IMG/VR virus record: IMGVR_UViG_3300020044_003294
Location: 1-26,953 of that record
Origin: a virus
Taxonomy: Duplodnaviria; Caudoviricetes
Strand: one strand, 5' to 3'
Length of the DNA stretch: 26,953 nucleotides
Part shown: one piece after another, positions 9,145-16,918 of the stretch
How the letters are laid out: each line of letters starts with the position of its first letter
Numbering within the stretch: the stretch's first letter is position 1
The notes under the pieces: model-generated
What the model was told of the DNA's origin: nothing
What the model saw: the letters and a program-made list of their open reading frames with translations, nothing else
Databases searched by the model: none
Program-made: the position numbers and the translations under genes

Positions 9145-9477
9145 ATGATAGTATTAACTCCATCAACATCAGCACAGACGTTTAGTTTCATTCCAAGATT
9201 TGAGAACTACACAACGATGACTATAACTGATGAACAAACCAACGTAACTCAAACTATAACGATTACAAGCTCAACACAAACGGGTTATGTAAACACGATT
9301 ACTGCAACATTTGCTCTTAAAAACAATCACGGATATACTTTACTATTAACAAACGGAGCAACTATCTGTCATAAGGATAGAATTTTCTGTACTAATCAAA
9401 GCATTTCGACTTTCTCCGTAAACAACGGACAATATACATCAAACACTACCACAAACACTTTCATAGTTTATGAGTGA
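9145..9477 (+). CDS. Hypothetical virion protein (Thr-rich, beta-type; possible head-tail component)
   Basis: ORF track; overlaps portal start; structural context. Confidence 0.6.
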   Translation: MIVLTPSTSAQTFSFIPRFENYTTMTITDEQTNVTQTITITSSTQTGYVNTITATFALKNNHGYTLLLTNGATICHKDRIFCTNQSISTFSVNNGQYTSNTTTNTFIVYE

Positions 9478-11245
9478 TAACGTACACATACTAAGTCTAT
9501 CGGCTTACACAACGCCTGTAATCCAAGAATCCAAGCGTGATAATTGGGTTGATTTTGGCGAGGACAATGATTTCTATTCTTTTTTGATAGATAGATACAC
9601 GAACTCCACAACGAACTCGGCAATTATAAACAACATTTCACGTCTTGTTTATGGAAAAGGATTGTCTGCTTTAGATGCTAATCGTAAGCCTAACGAGTAT
9701 GCTCAAATGATGAGTTTATTTAATAAGGATTGCGTTCGTAAAATGGTTATTGATCGCAAGATGTTAGGTCAATTTGCTATCCAAGTACACTACAACGACA
9801 AACACGATAAGATTCTAAAGGCGTATCATATGCCAGTGAACTTACTTCGTGCTGAGAAATGCAATAAAGACGGAGATATCGAAGGGTATTATTACTCTGA
9901 TGATTGGACAGACGTTAAGAAATATGCTCCCGTTCGTTATTCAGCGTTCGGAACATCGAAAGACAAGGTAGAGATTCTATTCTGTAAACCTTATGCAGTA
10001 GGGATGAAGTATTATGCTTATCCTGATTATCAGGGAGCTTTACCATACGCACTTTTAGAGGAGGAGATTGCTGATTACTTAATCAACGAAGTACAAAACG
10101 GATTCTCAGGAACACGTGTGATTAACTTTTCTAATGGAGTTCCAACAGAAGAACAACAAGATATTATATCATCTAAGATTAAAGCACAGTTATCAGGTGC
10201 TAGAGGTACAAAAACGATTATTTCATTCAATGACAATGTAGAAACAAAAACTACAATTGATGATGTTCCTTTAAACGATGCTCCAGAACACTACACTTAC
10301 TTATCTGAGGAGTGTTTACGCAAGATTATGCTAGGTCATAACGTTACTTCTCCTTTGTTATTTGGGGTTGCTTCATCAAATGGATTTAGTTCTAACGCAG
10401 ACGAGCTTAAAAACTCTGCTATCTTGTTTGACAATATGGTTATTCGTCCAATGCAAGAGGAATTATTGGAAGCGTTTGATTCTATTCTAGCAGTAAACGG
10501 AATCTCATTAAAACTTTACTTCCGTACATTACAACCTTTAGAGTTTACAGACCTTGAAAACACGCAAACCGAAGAAGAGGTAGTTGAAGAAACAGGTGCA
10601 GATGGAACTCAGTTAAGTTCAATGGATAAAGAAATTGCTGATGCGTTGATTGAATGTGGTGAAGAACCAAGTGAAGATTGGGTTTTAATTGATGAATTTG
10701 AAGTTGATTACGATCAAGAAGATGAAATTGACTTAGAAATTGAAAAAGCAAACAATCCTAGTCAATCTTTATTGTCTAAAGTTTACAATTTTGTGAGTAC
10801 AGGTACTGCTAATCCTAGAGCTAAATCAGAACAAGATAAAACGATTGATGGATTCAAGTTTATCACAAGATATCGTTACGAAGGAGGTATTAAAGATAAT
10901 TCTCGTGAGTTCTGCAAAAAGATGGTAGCTGCTGATAAAGTATATCGCAAAGAGGACATACAAAGAATGAGTGGAATGGCAGTTAACGCAGGTTGGGGGC
11001 CAAAAGGTGCAGATACCTATGATATTTTCCTTTACAAAGGTGGAGGTGCTTGTCATCATAAATGGATGCGTCAAACTTTTGTTGCTTACGAACAAGGACG
11101 TGGAATTGATCCATTAAGTCCAAACGCAAAAACAATTAGTACAAACAAAGCAGAGAAAGCAGGTTACCGAGTGAGAAATCCACAACAAGTTGCTATGCGT
11201 CCAATTGATATGCCTAATCAAGGCTTTTTACCTAAAAACAATTAA
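9470..11245 (+). CDS. Portal protein with acidic linker and C-terminal Cys/His (MuF-like) domain
   Basis: About 360 aa portal-like region (STTNSAII, HNVTSPLLFG, VIRPMQEELLEAF), then acidic linker and SREFC...YKGGGACHHKW. Confidence 0.7.
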   Translation: MSDNVHILSLSAYTTPVIQESKRDNWVDFGEDNDFYSFLIDRYTNSTTNSAIINNISRLVYGKGLSALDANRKPNEYAQMMSLFNKDCVRKMVIDRKMLGQFAIQVHYNDKHDKILKAYHMPVNLLRAEKCNKDGDIEGYYYSDDWTDVKKYAPVRYSAFGTSKDKVEILFCKPYAVGMKYYAYPDYQGALPYALLEEEIADYLINEVQNGFSGTRVINFSNGVPTEEQQDIISSKIKAQLSGARGTKTIISFNDNVETKTTIDDVPLNDAPEHYTYLSEECLRKIMLGHNVTSPLLFGVASSNGFSSNADELKNSAILFDNMVIRPMQEELLEAFDSILAVNGISLKLYFRTLQPLEFTDLENTQTEEEVVEETGADGTQLSSMDKEIADALIECGEEPSEDWVLIDEFEVDYDQEDEIDLEIEKANNPSQSLLSKVYNFVSTGTANPRAKSEQDKTIDGFKFITRYRYEGGIKDNSREFCKKMVAADKVYRKEDIQRMSGMAVNAGWGPKGADTYDIFLYKGGGACHHKWMRQTFVAYEQGRGIDPLSPNAKTISTNKAEKAGYRVRNPQQVAMRPIDMPNQGFLPKNN

Positions 11246-11248
11246 CCA

Positions 11249-11749
11249 ATGGCAGAGGCATTACTAATAACTAGAGATGACATCGTTCGTTACACGGCTT
11301 TAAACGGCAATGTAGATACTGATAAGTTCTTGCAATTTATCAAGATTGCACAGGACATTCACATTCAGAATTACTTAGGATCTAAACTATTTCAAAAGAT
11401 ACAAGCAGACATTATTGCTAATACTCTTGCGGGTAATTATTTATCACTTGTAACTACATACGTTAAACCAATGTTAGTTCACTGGGCAATGGTAGAATAT
11501 CTTCCTTTCGCTGCTTACACAATTGCAAACAAAGGAGTCTACAAACATTCATCTGAGAACGCTGAGAACGTAGATAAAAACGAAGTAGACTATTTACTAG
11601 AAAAGGAACGTAGCATTGCTCAACATTACACAGAAAGATTCATAGACTATATGAGCTTTAATCAGACTTTGTTTCCAGAATACCGAGCAAACATAAACAA
11701 CGATATGTTCCCTGATACAAACAATAACAACATAGGATGGTATCTATAA
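11249..11749 (+). CDS. Putative head-tail adaptor/connector
   Basis: Helical 166 aa protein right after portal (FIKIAQDIHIQNYLGSKLF). Confidence 0.55.
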   Translation: MAEALLITRDDIVRYTALNGNVDTDKFLQFIKIAQDIHIQNYLGSKLFQKIQADIIANTLAGNYLSLVTTYVKPMLVHWAMVEYLPFAAYTIANKGVYKHSSENAENVDKNEVDYLLEKERSIAQHYTERFIDYMSFNQTLFPEYRANINNDMFPDTNNNNIGWYL

Positions 11750-11832
11750 AAACTTACAAACCTAAAAAAACTAACGTTGAGAAACTTCGTGTTTTTCTCG
11801 CTAAACTAAACACAAAAGAAAATGGCAAATAG
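11737..11832 (+). CDS. Small basic hypothetical protein, 31 aa (MVSIKTYKPKKTNVEKLRVFLAKLNTKENGK)
   Basis: Translated by hand; fills the gap and overlaps both neighbours. Confidence 0.5.
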   Translation: MVSIKTYKPKKTNVEKLRVFLAKLNTKENGK

Positions 11833-12046
11833 CATTGATTGGGGAGAAGGTGTGCTCAACACAATTAGTTGGGGTGCTGATGGACAAATAAACGGATTAG
11901 AAGTAACAAACATACTCGCTGAAAATGGTGCGTTTATGTTTACAGAAAACGATAATTTATTAGTAACTGAAACTACTTTTAATTCAGGTGGGTTTGGTTC
12001 TATTTATGATTATTCTTGGGCAAGTGAAACATTATTAGAAAGATAA
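11822..12046 (+). CDS. Small virion-associated hypothetical protein
   Basis: 74 aa acidic; WG repeats and ILAENG..FTEND..LVTE repeat. Confidence 0.6.
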   Translation: MANSIDWGEGVLNTISWGADGQINGLEVTNILAENGAFMFTENDNLLVTETTFNSGGFGSIYDYSWASETLLER

Positions 12047-12061
12047 ATAAATAAATAAAAT

Positions 12062-12679
12062 ATGGCAGAAATAAAAATATCACAGCTCAGTTCAGCTACA
12101 ACTCCTCTTGGGGGCACTGAAGTAGTTCCAATCGTACAAGGAGGAATAACTAAAAAAGTAGCAGTTTCAAATTTTGGTGGAGCAGCGGTTAATCCAACAT
12201 CAACTTATATTCCTTTTAACAATGGAGGTGTATTCGCTAACTCCTCTTTAAGAGTTTATCCCGATACTATATATGGGACAGGTATTCCTTTTGGAATTTA
12301 CAATATTGGAAATCCTGTATTTGGTGGTTCTCCAAATTTAAACATTGATGACAATAACGCTTTATACTCTTTTGGTTCGGCACAAATAAATAACTTTGGT
12401 GGATCGTCCGCATATGCAGGTTTAGCAATAAATAATGGAAATGCTATCATTGGATGTAATATGGGAAATTCTAATGATGGAGTTTTTAGAGCATCATCAA
12501 ACGAAGGCGTTATTTTAATAGGTTTAAATACAACATATTCAATTGGAGTTAATACTGCATTAAATACAATGCGAATAGGTAGTGGATTAACAACAACAGG
12601 AACACACGTTACTATTGCAAGATGGCTTAAAGTAAACAATGAATCAGGAACAGCATATTATATACCTTTATACTCTTAA
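12062..12679 (+). CDS. Putative fibre/receptor-binding protein
   Basis: N-terminal KISQL...GTEVVPIVQGGITKKV attachment-type motif; Gly/Asn-rich body; C-terminal YYIPLY. Confidence 0.55.
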   Translation: MAEIKISQLSSATTPLGGTEVVPIVQGGITKKVAVSNFGGAAVNPTSTYIPFNNGGVFANSSLRVYPDTIYGTGIPFGIYNIGNPVFGGSPNLNIDDNNALYSFGSAQINNFGGSSAYAGLAINNGNAIIGCNMGNSNDGVFRASSNEGVILIGLNTTYSIGVNTALNTMRIGSGLTTTGTHVTIARWLKVNNESGTAYYIPLYS

Positions 12680-12691
12680 AAAATAAAAAAA

Positions 12692-12982
12692 ATGGCACTA
12701 TTAATTAACAACGCAAAATTTAAAAACACAACAGTATCTGCACCTCAAGTTTATGCTCGTTTGCAATACGTTGCACTAGCGGATGGTAAAAAAACATCTG
12801 TATCTTTATTGACAGGATTAGATAAAGAATCTGCATTAACTTGGAATGGTATTGCTACAAACTTACCTGAACAATTTTTACTTGATATGTCCGCAAATGA
12901 AACACAAGACTTATCTGTTATTCACAACAAAGTAAAATTAGAATTAGAAAATTTAGGATTTGAAGTAGTAATATCTTTATAA
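12692..12982 (+). CDS. Hypothetical protein (possible fibre chaperone)
   Basis: 96 aa ORF following the fibre gene; strong A-rich start. Confidence 0.6.
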   Translation: MALLINNAKFKNTTVSAPQVYARLQYVALADGKKTSVSLLTGLDKESALTWNGIATNLPEQFLLDMSANETQDLSVIHNKVKLELENLGFEVVISL

Positions 12983-13107
12983 TGACTAAGGAGCAAGCAA
13001 TACAAATACTTGAACAAGCGTTAAATGCAGCAACTCAAAAAGGAGTATACAATCTTAATGATGTTACTCACATTATCAATGCATTAACCTTATTAAAAGG
13101 AGAGTAA
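12982..13107 (+). CDS. Small helical hypothetical protein, 41 aa (MTKEQAIQILEQALNAATQKGVYNLNDVTHIINALTLLKGE)
   Basis: Translated by hand; TAATG overlaps at both ends. Confidence 0.75.
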   Translation: MTKEQAIQILEQALNAATQKGVYNLNDVTHIINALTLLKGE

Positions 13108-13532
13108 TGAAAACTAAATTCTCTCTCCTCGTTTTTTCGGTGCTTACAATTCTTACCCCTGTTAAACCTTTAGTAATTATTGCAATATTATCTATTATTT
13201 TAGATACGTGTTTTGGTATCTGGCGTTCAGTTAAAAAAGGAGGATGGAAGTCCATTCGCTCTCGTAGACTATCTCACACCATTTCTAAGACGCTTTTGTA
13301 TAGTGGAGCAATCGTTTTTGTATTCCTGTTAGAAAAGTATGTTATAGCTGATATTCTTGCTCACTTCATTGCAATTGATTTAGTGTTAACTAAAGCGTTT
13401 ACTTTCTTCTGCGTTTACACGGAAATAAAAAGTATTAACGAAAGTTACTTCTCAGTTACAGGAGTTAACGTATGGGATAAGTTTATTAAGTTTGCCAAAC
13501 GTAGTAAAGAAACCTTAGAAGACCTTAAATGA
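13107..13532 (+). CDS. Holin (Phage_holin_4_1/TcdE-like)
   Basis: Several TM segments; D..FGIW, I.SRRL and EIKSINE motifs; directly upstream of endolysin. Confidence 0.8.
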   Translation: MKTKFSLLVFSVLTILTPVKPLVIIAILSIILDTCFGIWRSVKKGGWKSIRSRRLSHTISKTLLYSGAIVFVFLLEKYVIADILAHFIAIDLVLTKAFTFFCVYTEIKSINESYFSVTGVNVWDKFIKFAKRSKETLEDLK

Positions 13533-14092
13533 CATTAATAGAAAAATACGTTAAGTTCACGAAGAAATGGGAGGGTGGATTATCCAGAGATAAATCAGAT
13601 TCAGCGTCTAGCTTTCCTTGTCCAACTCCTTACAAGGGAAAAACGGGATATCACACGAACGCAGGAATAACTTACAAAACATTCGTTTCGTTTTACGGAA
13701 CTGACAACGATGCAAGATTCTATTTAATGAACGCTGAGGATTGGTTTGCAATATTTAAAAAAGGGTATTGGGATGGCGTTAGAGGTGACGCTTACAACTC
13801 ACAAAACATTGCAGTATTCGTTACAGGGATGGCGTGGGGATCAGGAGTTAAACAAGCATCTAAATCTCTACAGGTGGCAATCAATCATTGTGGCTTACTT
13901 TGTACAGTAGACGGAATCATAGGAACAAAAACAATACTACTAGCTAACTCAATAGAACCTAAGAAACTATTTGATGCATTAACTGCTGAAAGAGAAAGAT
14001 TCTTTTATGCAATTGGAGTAGGAAAAAACGCTAAATTTTTAACAGGATGGTTAAACAGGCTAAACGATTATCGCTTTACATTTCGACCTTAA
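13529..14092 (+). CDS. Endolysin, glycoside hydrolase family 108 with C-terminal PG-binding domain
   Basis: EGG catalytic motif, TNAGIT, VDGIIGTKT, FLTGWLNR. Confidence 0.85.
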   Translation: MTLIEKYVKFTKKWEGGLSRDKSDSASSFPCPTPYKGKTGYHTNAGITYKTFVSFYGTDNDARFYLMNAEDWFAIFKKGYWDGVRGDAYNSQNIAVFVTGMAWGSGVKQASKSLQVAINHCGLLCTVDGIIGTKTILLANSIEPKKLFDALTAERERFFYAIGVGKNAKFLTGWLNRLNDYRFTFRP

Positions 14093-14499
14093 TTATTTTA
14101 GGTTCGTGTTCTGCTAATTATCACGTTCTACGTGCAATCAAAAAAGGATATACTTGCGGTGATACTAGCGACACAATTACTATTTCTACGATAGATTCAA
14201 TTCCTTACGTTTTAAGGGACTCAATTTATTGGGAGAAGGTAATCGTTCAGAAAGATACAATCGTTCGTTACAAGGCTTATAAAGTGCCTCAAACGAGATT
14301 TCAGACACGTATTGAATACAAGTACAAAGTAAAATACATCAAAGCAGACGCTTTAAAGACGAAATACAAAAATAAATACATAACTAAGACAAAAGTTAAT
14401 TGGTTATTTGTAATATTGGCATTCATTTTAGGATTCCTTGTTAGGTTGACCTTGAGTGAAACCTTTAGAGGTAGGTTACAACTTCTCACTAAACTTTAA
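14047..14499 (+). CDS. Putative unimolecular spanin (lipoprotein with C-terminal TM)
   Basis: Lipobox LGS-C at residue 21; C-terminal WLFVILAFILGFLV; last gene of the lysis cassette. Confidence 0.65.
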   Translation: MVKQAKRLSLYISTLIILGSCSANYHVLRAIKKGYTCGDTSDTITISTIDSIPYVLRDSIYWEKVIVQKDTIVRYKAYKVPQTRFQTRIEYKYKVKYIKADALKTKYKNKYITKTKVNWLFVILAFILGFLVRLTLSETFRGRLQLLTKL

Positions 14500-14502
14500 T
14501 AT

Positions 14503-15537
14503 ATGGGTAACTTTAGACCAAGAATAAGTCACGATGAATTTGAAGTAGTTAAACAATACAGAGCAATTAAGCGTGAATCCAACGAACTTGGTTTAGACGA
14601 TTCAGATGTAAAACACGGATGGTTAAAGTCTAAAAACGCATCGTTATTCTTTAAGAATCCAAACTTCAAAGAATCAGAGGAAACAAACTACAAGCAATTA
14701 CAAGAATCAATCATTCAGGATATCAAAGATTTTAAAGCTGAATATCCAACCATCTTCCGCAATCCATCAACTGAAGGACACTTACTAGTTATAGATCCTG
14801 CTGACATCCATATAGGAAAGCTCTGTGATGCTTTTGAAACAGGTGAGGAGTATAACAATCAAATCGCAGTTAAACGTGTTAAAGAAGGCGTTCAAGGAAT
14901 CCTTGACAAGTGTACTGGGTTTAACATTGACAAAATATTATTTATTGGAGGAAACGATATACTTCATATTGATACTCCTAAAAGACAAACTACAGCAGGA
15001 ACTCCTCAAGATACGGATGGAATGTGGTATTCTAATTTTCTAATCGCAAAACGTTTATATGTTGATATCTTGGAAACTTTGTTATCTGTGGCTGATGTTC
15101 ATTTTACTTTCAATCCCAGCAATCACGATTATACGCACGGCTTTTTTCTTGCAGACGTTATACAAACTTGGTTTAAAGATTGTGATAATATTTCTTTTGA
15201 TTGCTCTATTGCTCATCGCAAGGGGTACTTATATGGAAAGAATCTAATCGGAACTACACACGGTGACGGAGCTAAACACGGAGATTTACCTTTATTGTTA
15301 GCTACTGAGTTTCCACACGAATGGAGTATTAGTAAGCACAGGTACGTTTACACGCATCACGTTCACCACAAGACATCCAAAGATATAATGTCTGTGTGCA
15401 TTGAATCTCTTAGATCACCATCAGGTACAGACTCTTGGCATCATCGTAACGGATATCAACATTCACCTAAAGCAGTAGAAGGATTTATCCATCATAAAGA
15501 TTCAGGACAAGTTGCTAGGTTAACTCATATTTTTTAA
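14503..15537 (+). CDS. Calcineurin-like metallophosphoesterase
   Basis: Motifs DIHIG, GND, SNHD, THGD, HHVHH. Confidence 0.8.
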   Translation: MGNFRPRISHDEFEVVKQYRAIKRESNELGLDDSDVKHGWLKSKNASLFFKNPNFKESEETNYKQLQESIIQDIKDFKAEYPTIFRNPSTEGHLLVIDPADIHIGKLCDAFETGEEYNNQIAVKRVKEGVQGILDKCTGFNIDKILFIGGNDILHIDTPKRQTTAGTPQDTDGMWYSNFLIAKRLYVDILETLLSVADVHFTFNPSNHDYTHGFFLADVIQTWFKDCDNISFDCSIAHRKGYLYGKNLIGTTHGDGAKHGDLPLLLATEFPHEWSISKHRYVYTHHVHHKTSKDIMSVCIESLRSPSGTDSWHHRNGYQHSPKAVEGFIHHKDSGQVARLTHIF

Positions 15538-15545
15538 TATATTTG
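15538..15545 (+). promoter_or_regulatory. Bacteroidota -7 promoter element TATATTTG in front of candidate sRNA
   Basis: Matches TAnnTTTG; -33 element is imperfect. Confidence 0.55.
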
Positions 15546-15548
15546 CAG

Positions 15549-15600
15549 TTCATAGTTATTTGGTTTTAAATTAGGGGTATCGAAAGGTATCCCTTTTTTT
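15549..15600 (+). ncRNA. Candidate ~50-nt trans-antisense sRNA
   Basis: Bounded by -7 element and terminator; 18/20 complementary to the ERF gene start region 21744-21763. Confidence 0.55.
15573..15600 (+). terminator. Rho-independent terminator with GAAA tetraloop
   Basis: AGGGGTATC-GAAA-GGTATCCCT plus T-tract. Confidence 0.85.
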
Positions 15601-15668
15601 ATATGCTATCGGGTATAATTAAGTGAATTTCACCTCCATTATATGTTTTTGCACCCAATCGGGTATAA
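15599..15668. repeat. Two 20-bp imperfect palindromes sharing ATCGGGTATAA (operator-like)
   Basis: 15599-15618 and 15649-15668, 50 bp apart; consensus TTATACCCGA|TCGGGTATAA. Confidence 0.55.
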
Positions 15669-15736
15669 ATATTTCCTAGTAAAACCTAGCATTTTAAAAA
15701 TAAATGTAAAATAATTAAAAAAAATTGTTGAAAAAG

Positions 15737-15767
15737 TTTGGTGGTTAAGAAATAGTCTTTATATTTG
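15737..15767 (+). promoter_or_regulatory. Strong early promoter, Bacteroidota sigma-70 type
   Basis: TTTG (15737-40), 19-nt spacer, TATATTTG (15760-67): full -33/-7 consensus; AT-rich upstream. Confidence 0.85.
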
Positions 15768-15801
15768 TATATAATTAATTCACAAACAAAAATTAAAAGC
15801 T

Positions 15802-15975
15802 ATGAAAACTGCAACATTTAAATTTTACGCAATGACTTCCGAAGGTTTAAAGTACACGATTATTACTTGTCCATTATTAATGGTGTTAAGTAGTGGTGGA
15901 ATTTTAGTAGAGATGGAAGGTAAACCACAAGGTAAGTGTATTTCTGCCGAAAATGTTATATCAATTAACAATTAA
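15802..15975 (+). CDS. First early gene, 57 aa hypothetical (MKTATFKFYAMTSEGLKYTIITCP...)
   Basis: Translated by hand; A-rich start 35 nt after the promoter. Confidence 0.7.
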   Translation: MKTATFKFYAMTSEGLKYTIITCPLLMVLSSGGILVEMEGKPQGKCISAENVISINN

Positions 15976-15985
15976 AAACAACGCT

Positions 15986-16153
15986 ATGAAAAAACAAGAA
16001 ATGATTAAAATTATGATTGCAGAGGAAAAGCAATTATGGAAAGAAATGATGGAGTGTATTGACAAACTAGGAATGCGTGATTCTTTAACAGATATTGCTG
16101 TGTCACGTTGGTCAGTTATTAATAAACTAGTATGTAAACTTAGAGGAATATGA
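15986..16153 (+). CDS. Small early hypothetical protein, 55 aa (start revised from 15953)
   Basis: A-rich initiation region before ATG 15986; follows the stop at 15975. Confidence 0.7.
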   Translation: MKKQEMIKIMIAEEKQLWKEMMECIDKLGMRDSLTDIAVSRWSVINKLVCKLRGI

Positions 16154-16347
16154 AAGCACTAAACGAAAATCAAAAAGACATTTTAAACGTGGTTTTACCG
16201 TTTGTAGCATTTTGGGCGGTAATGACGTTCTTTTTATCTACGACACCAAACTACATTAAAGAAGATAAAATCATTGAGGACTTACGTACGCACGTTCAAA
16301 GTCCAGTGCTAGAAAAATACGGAGAACTAATTACTAAAAACAAATAA
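16150..16347 (+). CDS. Small membrane protein
   Basis: TM segment VVLPFVAFWAVMTFFL; ATGA coupling. Confidence 0.7.
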   Translation: MKALNENQKDILNVVLPFVAFWAVMTFFLSTTPNYIKEDKIIEDLRTHVQSPVLEKYGELITKNK

Positions 16348-16348
16348 G

Positions 16349-16690
16349 ATGAACAAATTTGAAATAACAGATTACACGCTTTCGGCTTTCCATATGAACT
16401 TGGAATATGTGTATGAAGAATACTGTTACGAAGTTCTTTGCGACTTTGAATGGTTAGAAGAATGCACAGGTCATTACACAGACTTTACTATTGTTCCCAT
16501 TTCGGGTACGTTTTTTCACGAAACTACAGACGAAAAAGGAAACATTGAAATCACGGACGATTACAAGCAATGGCTACAGGACAAAGTAAAAGAATTCAGA
16601 AACCAAACGCTTTGGCTATACAACGAATCACTTGAAAAAATGCGTGATTTAGATACTGACGAAAAAGATTGGAGCTATTATGGTATTTAA
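16349..16690 (+). CDS. Acidic hypothetical protein
   Basis: 113 aa, rich in Asp/Glu and aromatic residues. Confidence 0.7.
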   Translation: MNKFEITDYTLSAFHMNLEYVYEEYCYEVLCDFEWLEECTGHYTDFTIVPISGTFFHETTDEKGNIEITDDYKQWLQDKVKEFRNQTLWLYNESLEKMRDLDTDEKDWSYYGI

Positions 16691-16808
16691 ACTACAAAGA
16701 ATGATTAAGTTCTGGAGAACGAAGTCATCACACGAAACAATAAGAGGAAGTTTCAATGAGGAACTTTACCGTAGAATATGTGAAATAAAATTTAACCAAC
16801 AATTATGA
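16680..16808 (+). CDS. Small hypothetical protein, 42 aa (MVFKLQRMIKFWRTKSSHETIRGSFNEELYRRICE...)
   Basis: Translated by hand; tiles the gap in the ORF track. Confidence 0.6.
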   Translation: MVFKLQRMIKFWRTKSSHETIRGSFNEELYRRICEIKFNQQL

Positions 16809-16918
16809 GTTATAAAAGAAAAGAAAACTACGAAGCATCAATGCTAGGAATCGCAGTAAGTTTAGTAATCGCAGCAGTATTAATCATATTTTATCTAATA
16901 ACGTTATGTATAAATTAA
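16805..16918 (+). CDS. Single-TM microprotein, 37 aa (MSYKRKENYEASMLGIAVSLVIAAVLIIFYLITLCIN)
   Basis: Translated by hand; ATGA coupling; hydrophobic helix. Confidence 0.6.
   Translation: MSYKRKENYEASMLGIAVSLVIAAVLIIFYLITLCIN

Noticed and set aside
9460-9469. Third TTCATAG occurrence
   Set aside because: Inside coding sequence (FIVYE), with no terminator scaffold following
15515-15553. Minus-strand mini-ORF MNCKYIKKYELT* starting at the CAT of the sRNA candidate (also a 33-codon antisense ORF from 9069)
   Set aside because: Very short, antisense to essential-looking genes, no minus-strand promoter identified; kept only as an alternative explanation
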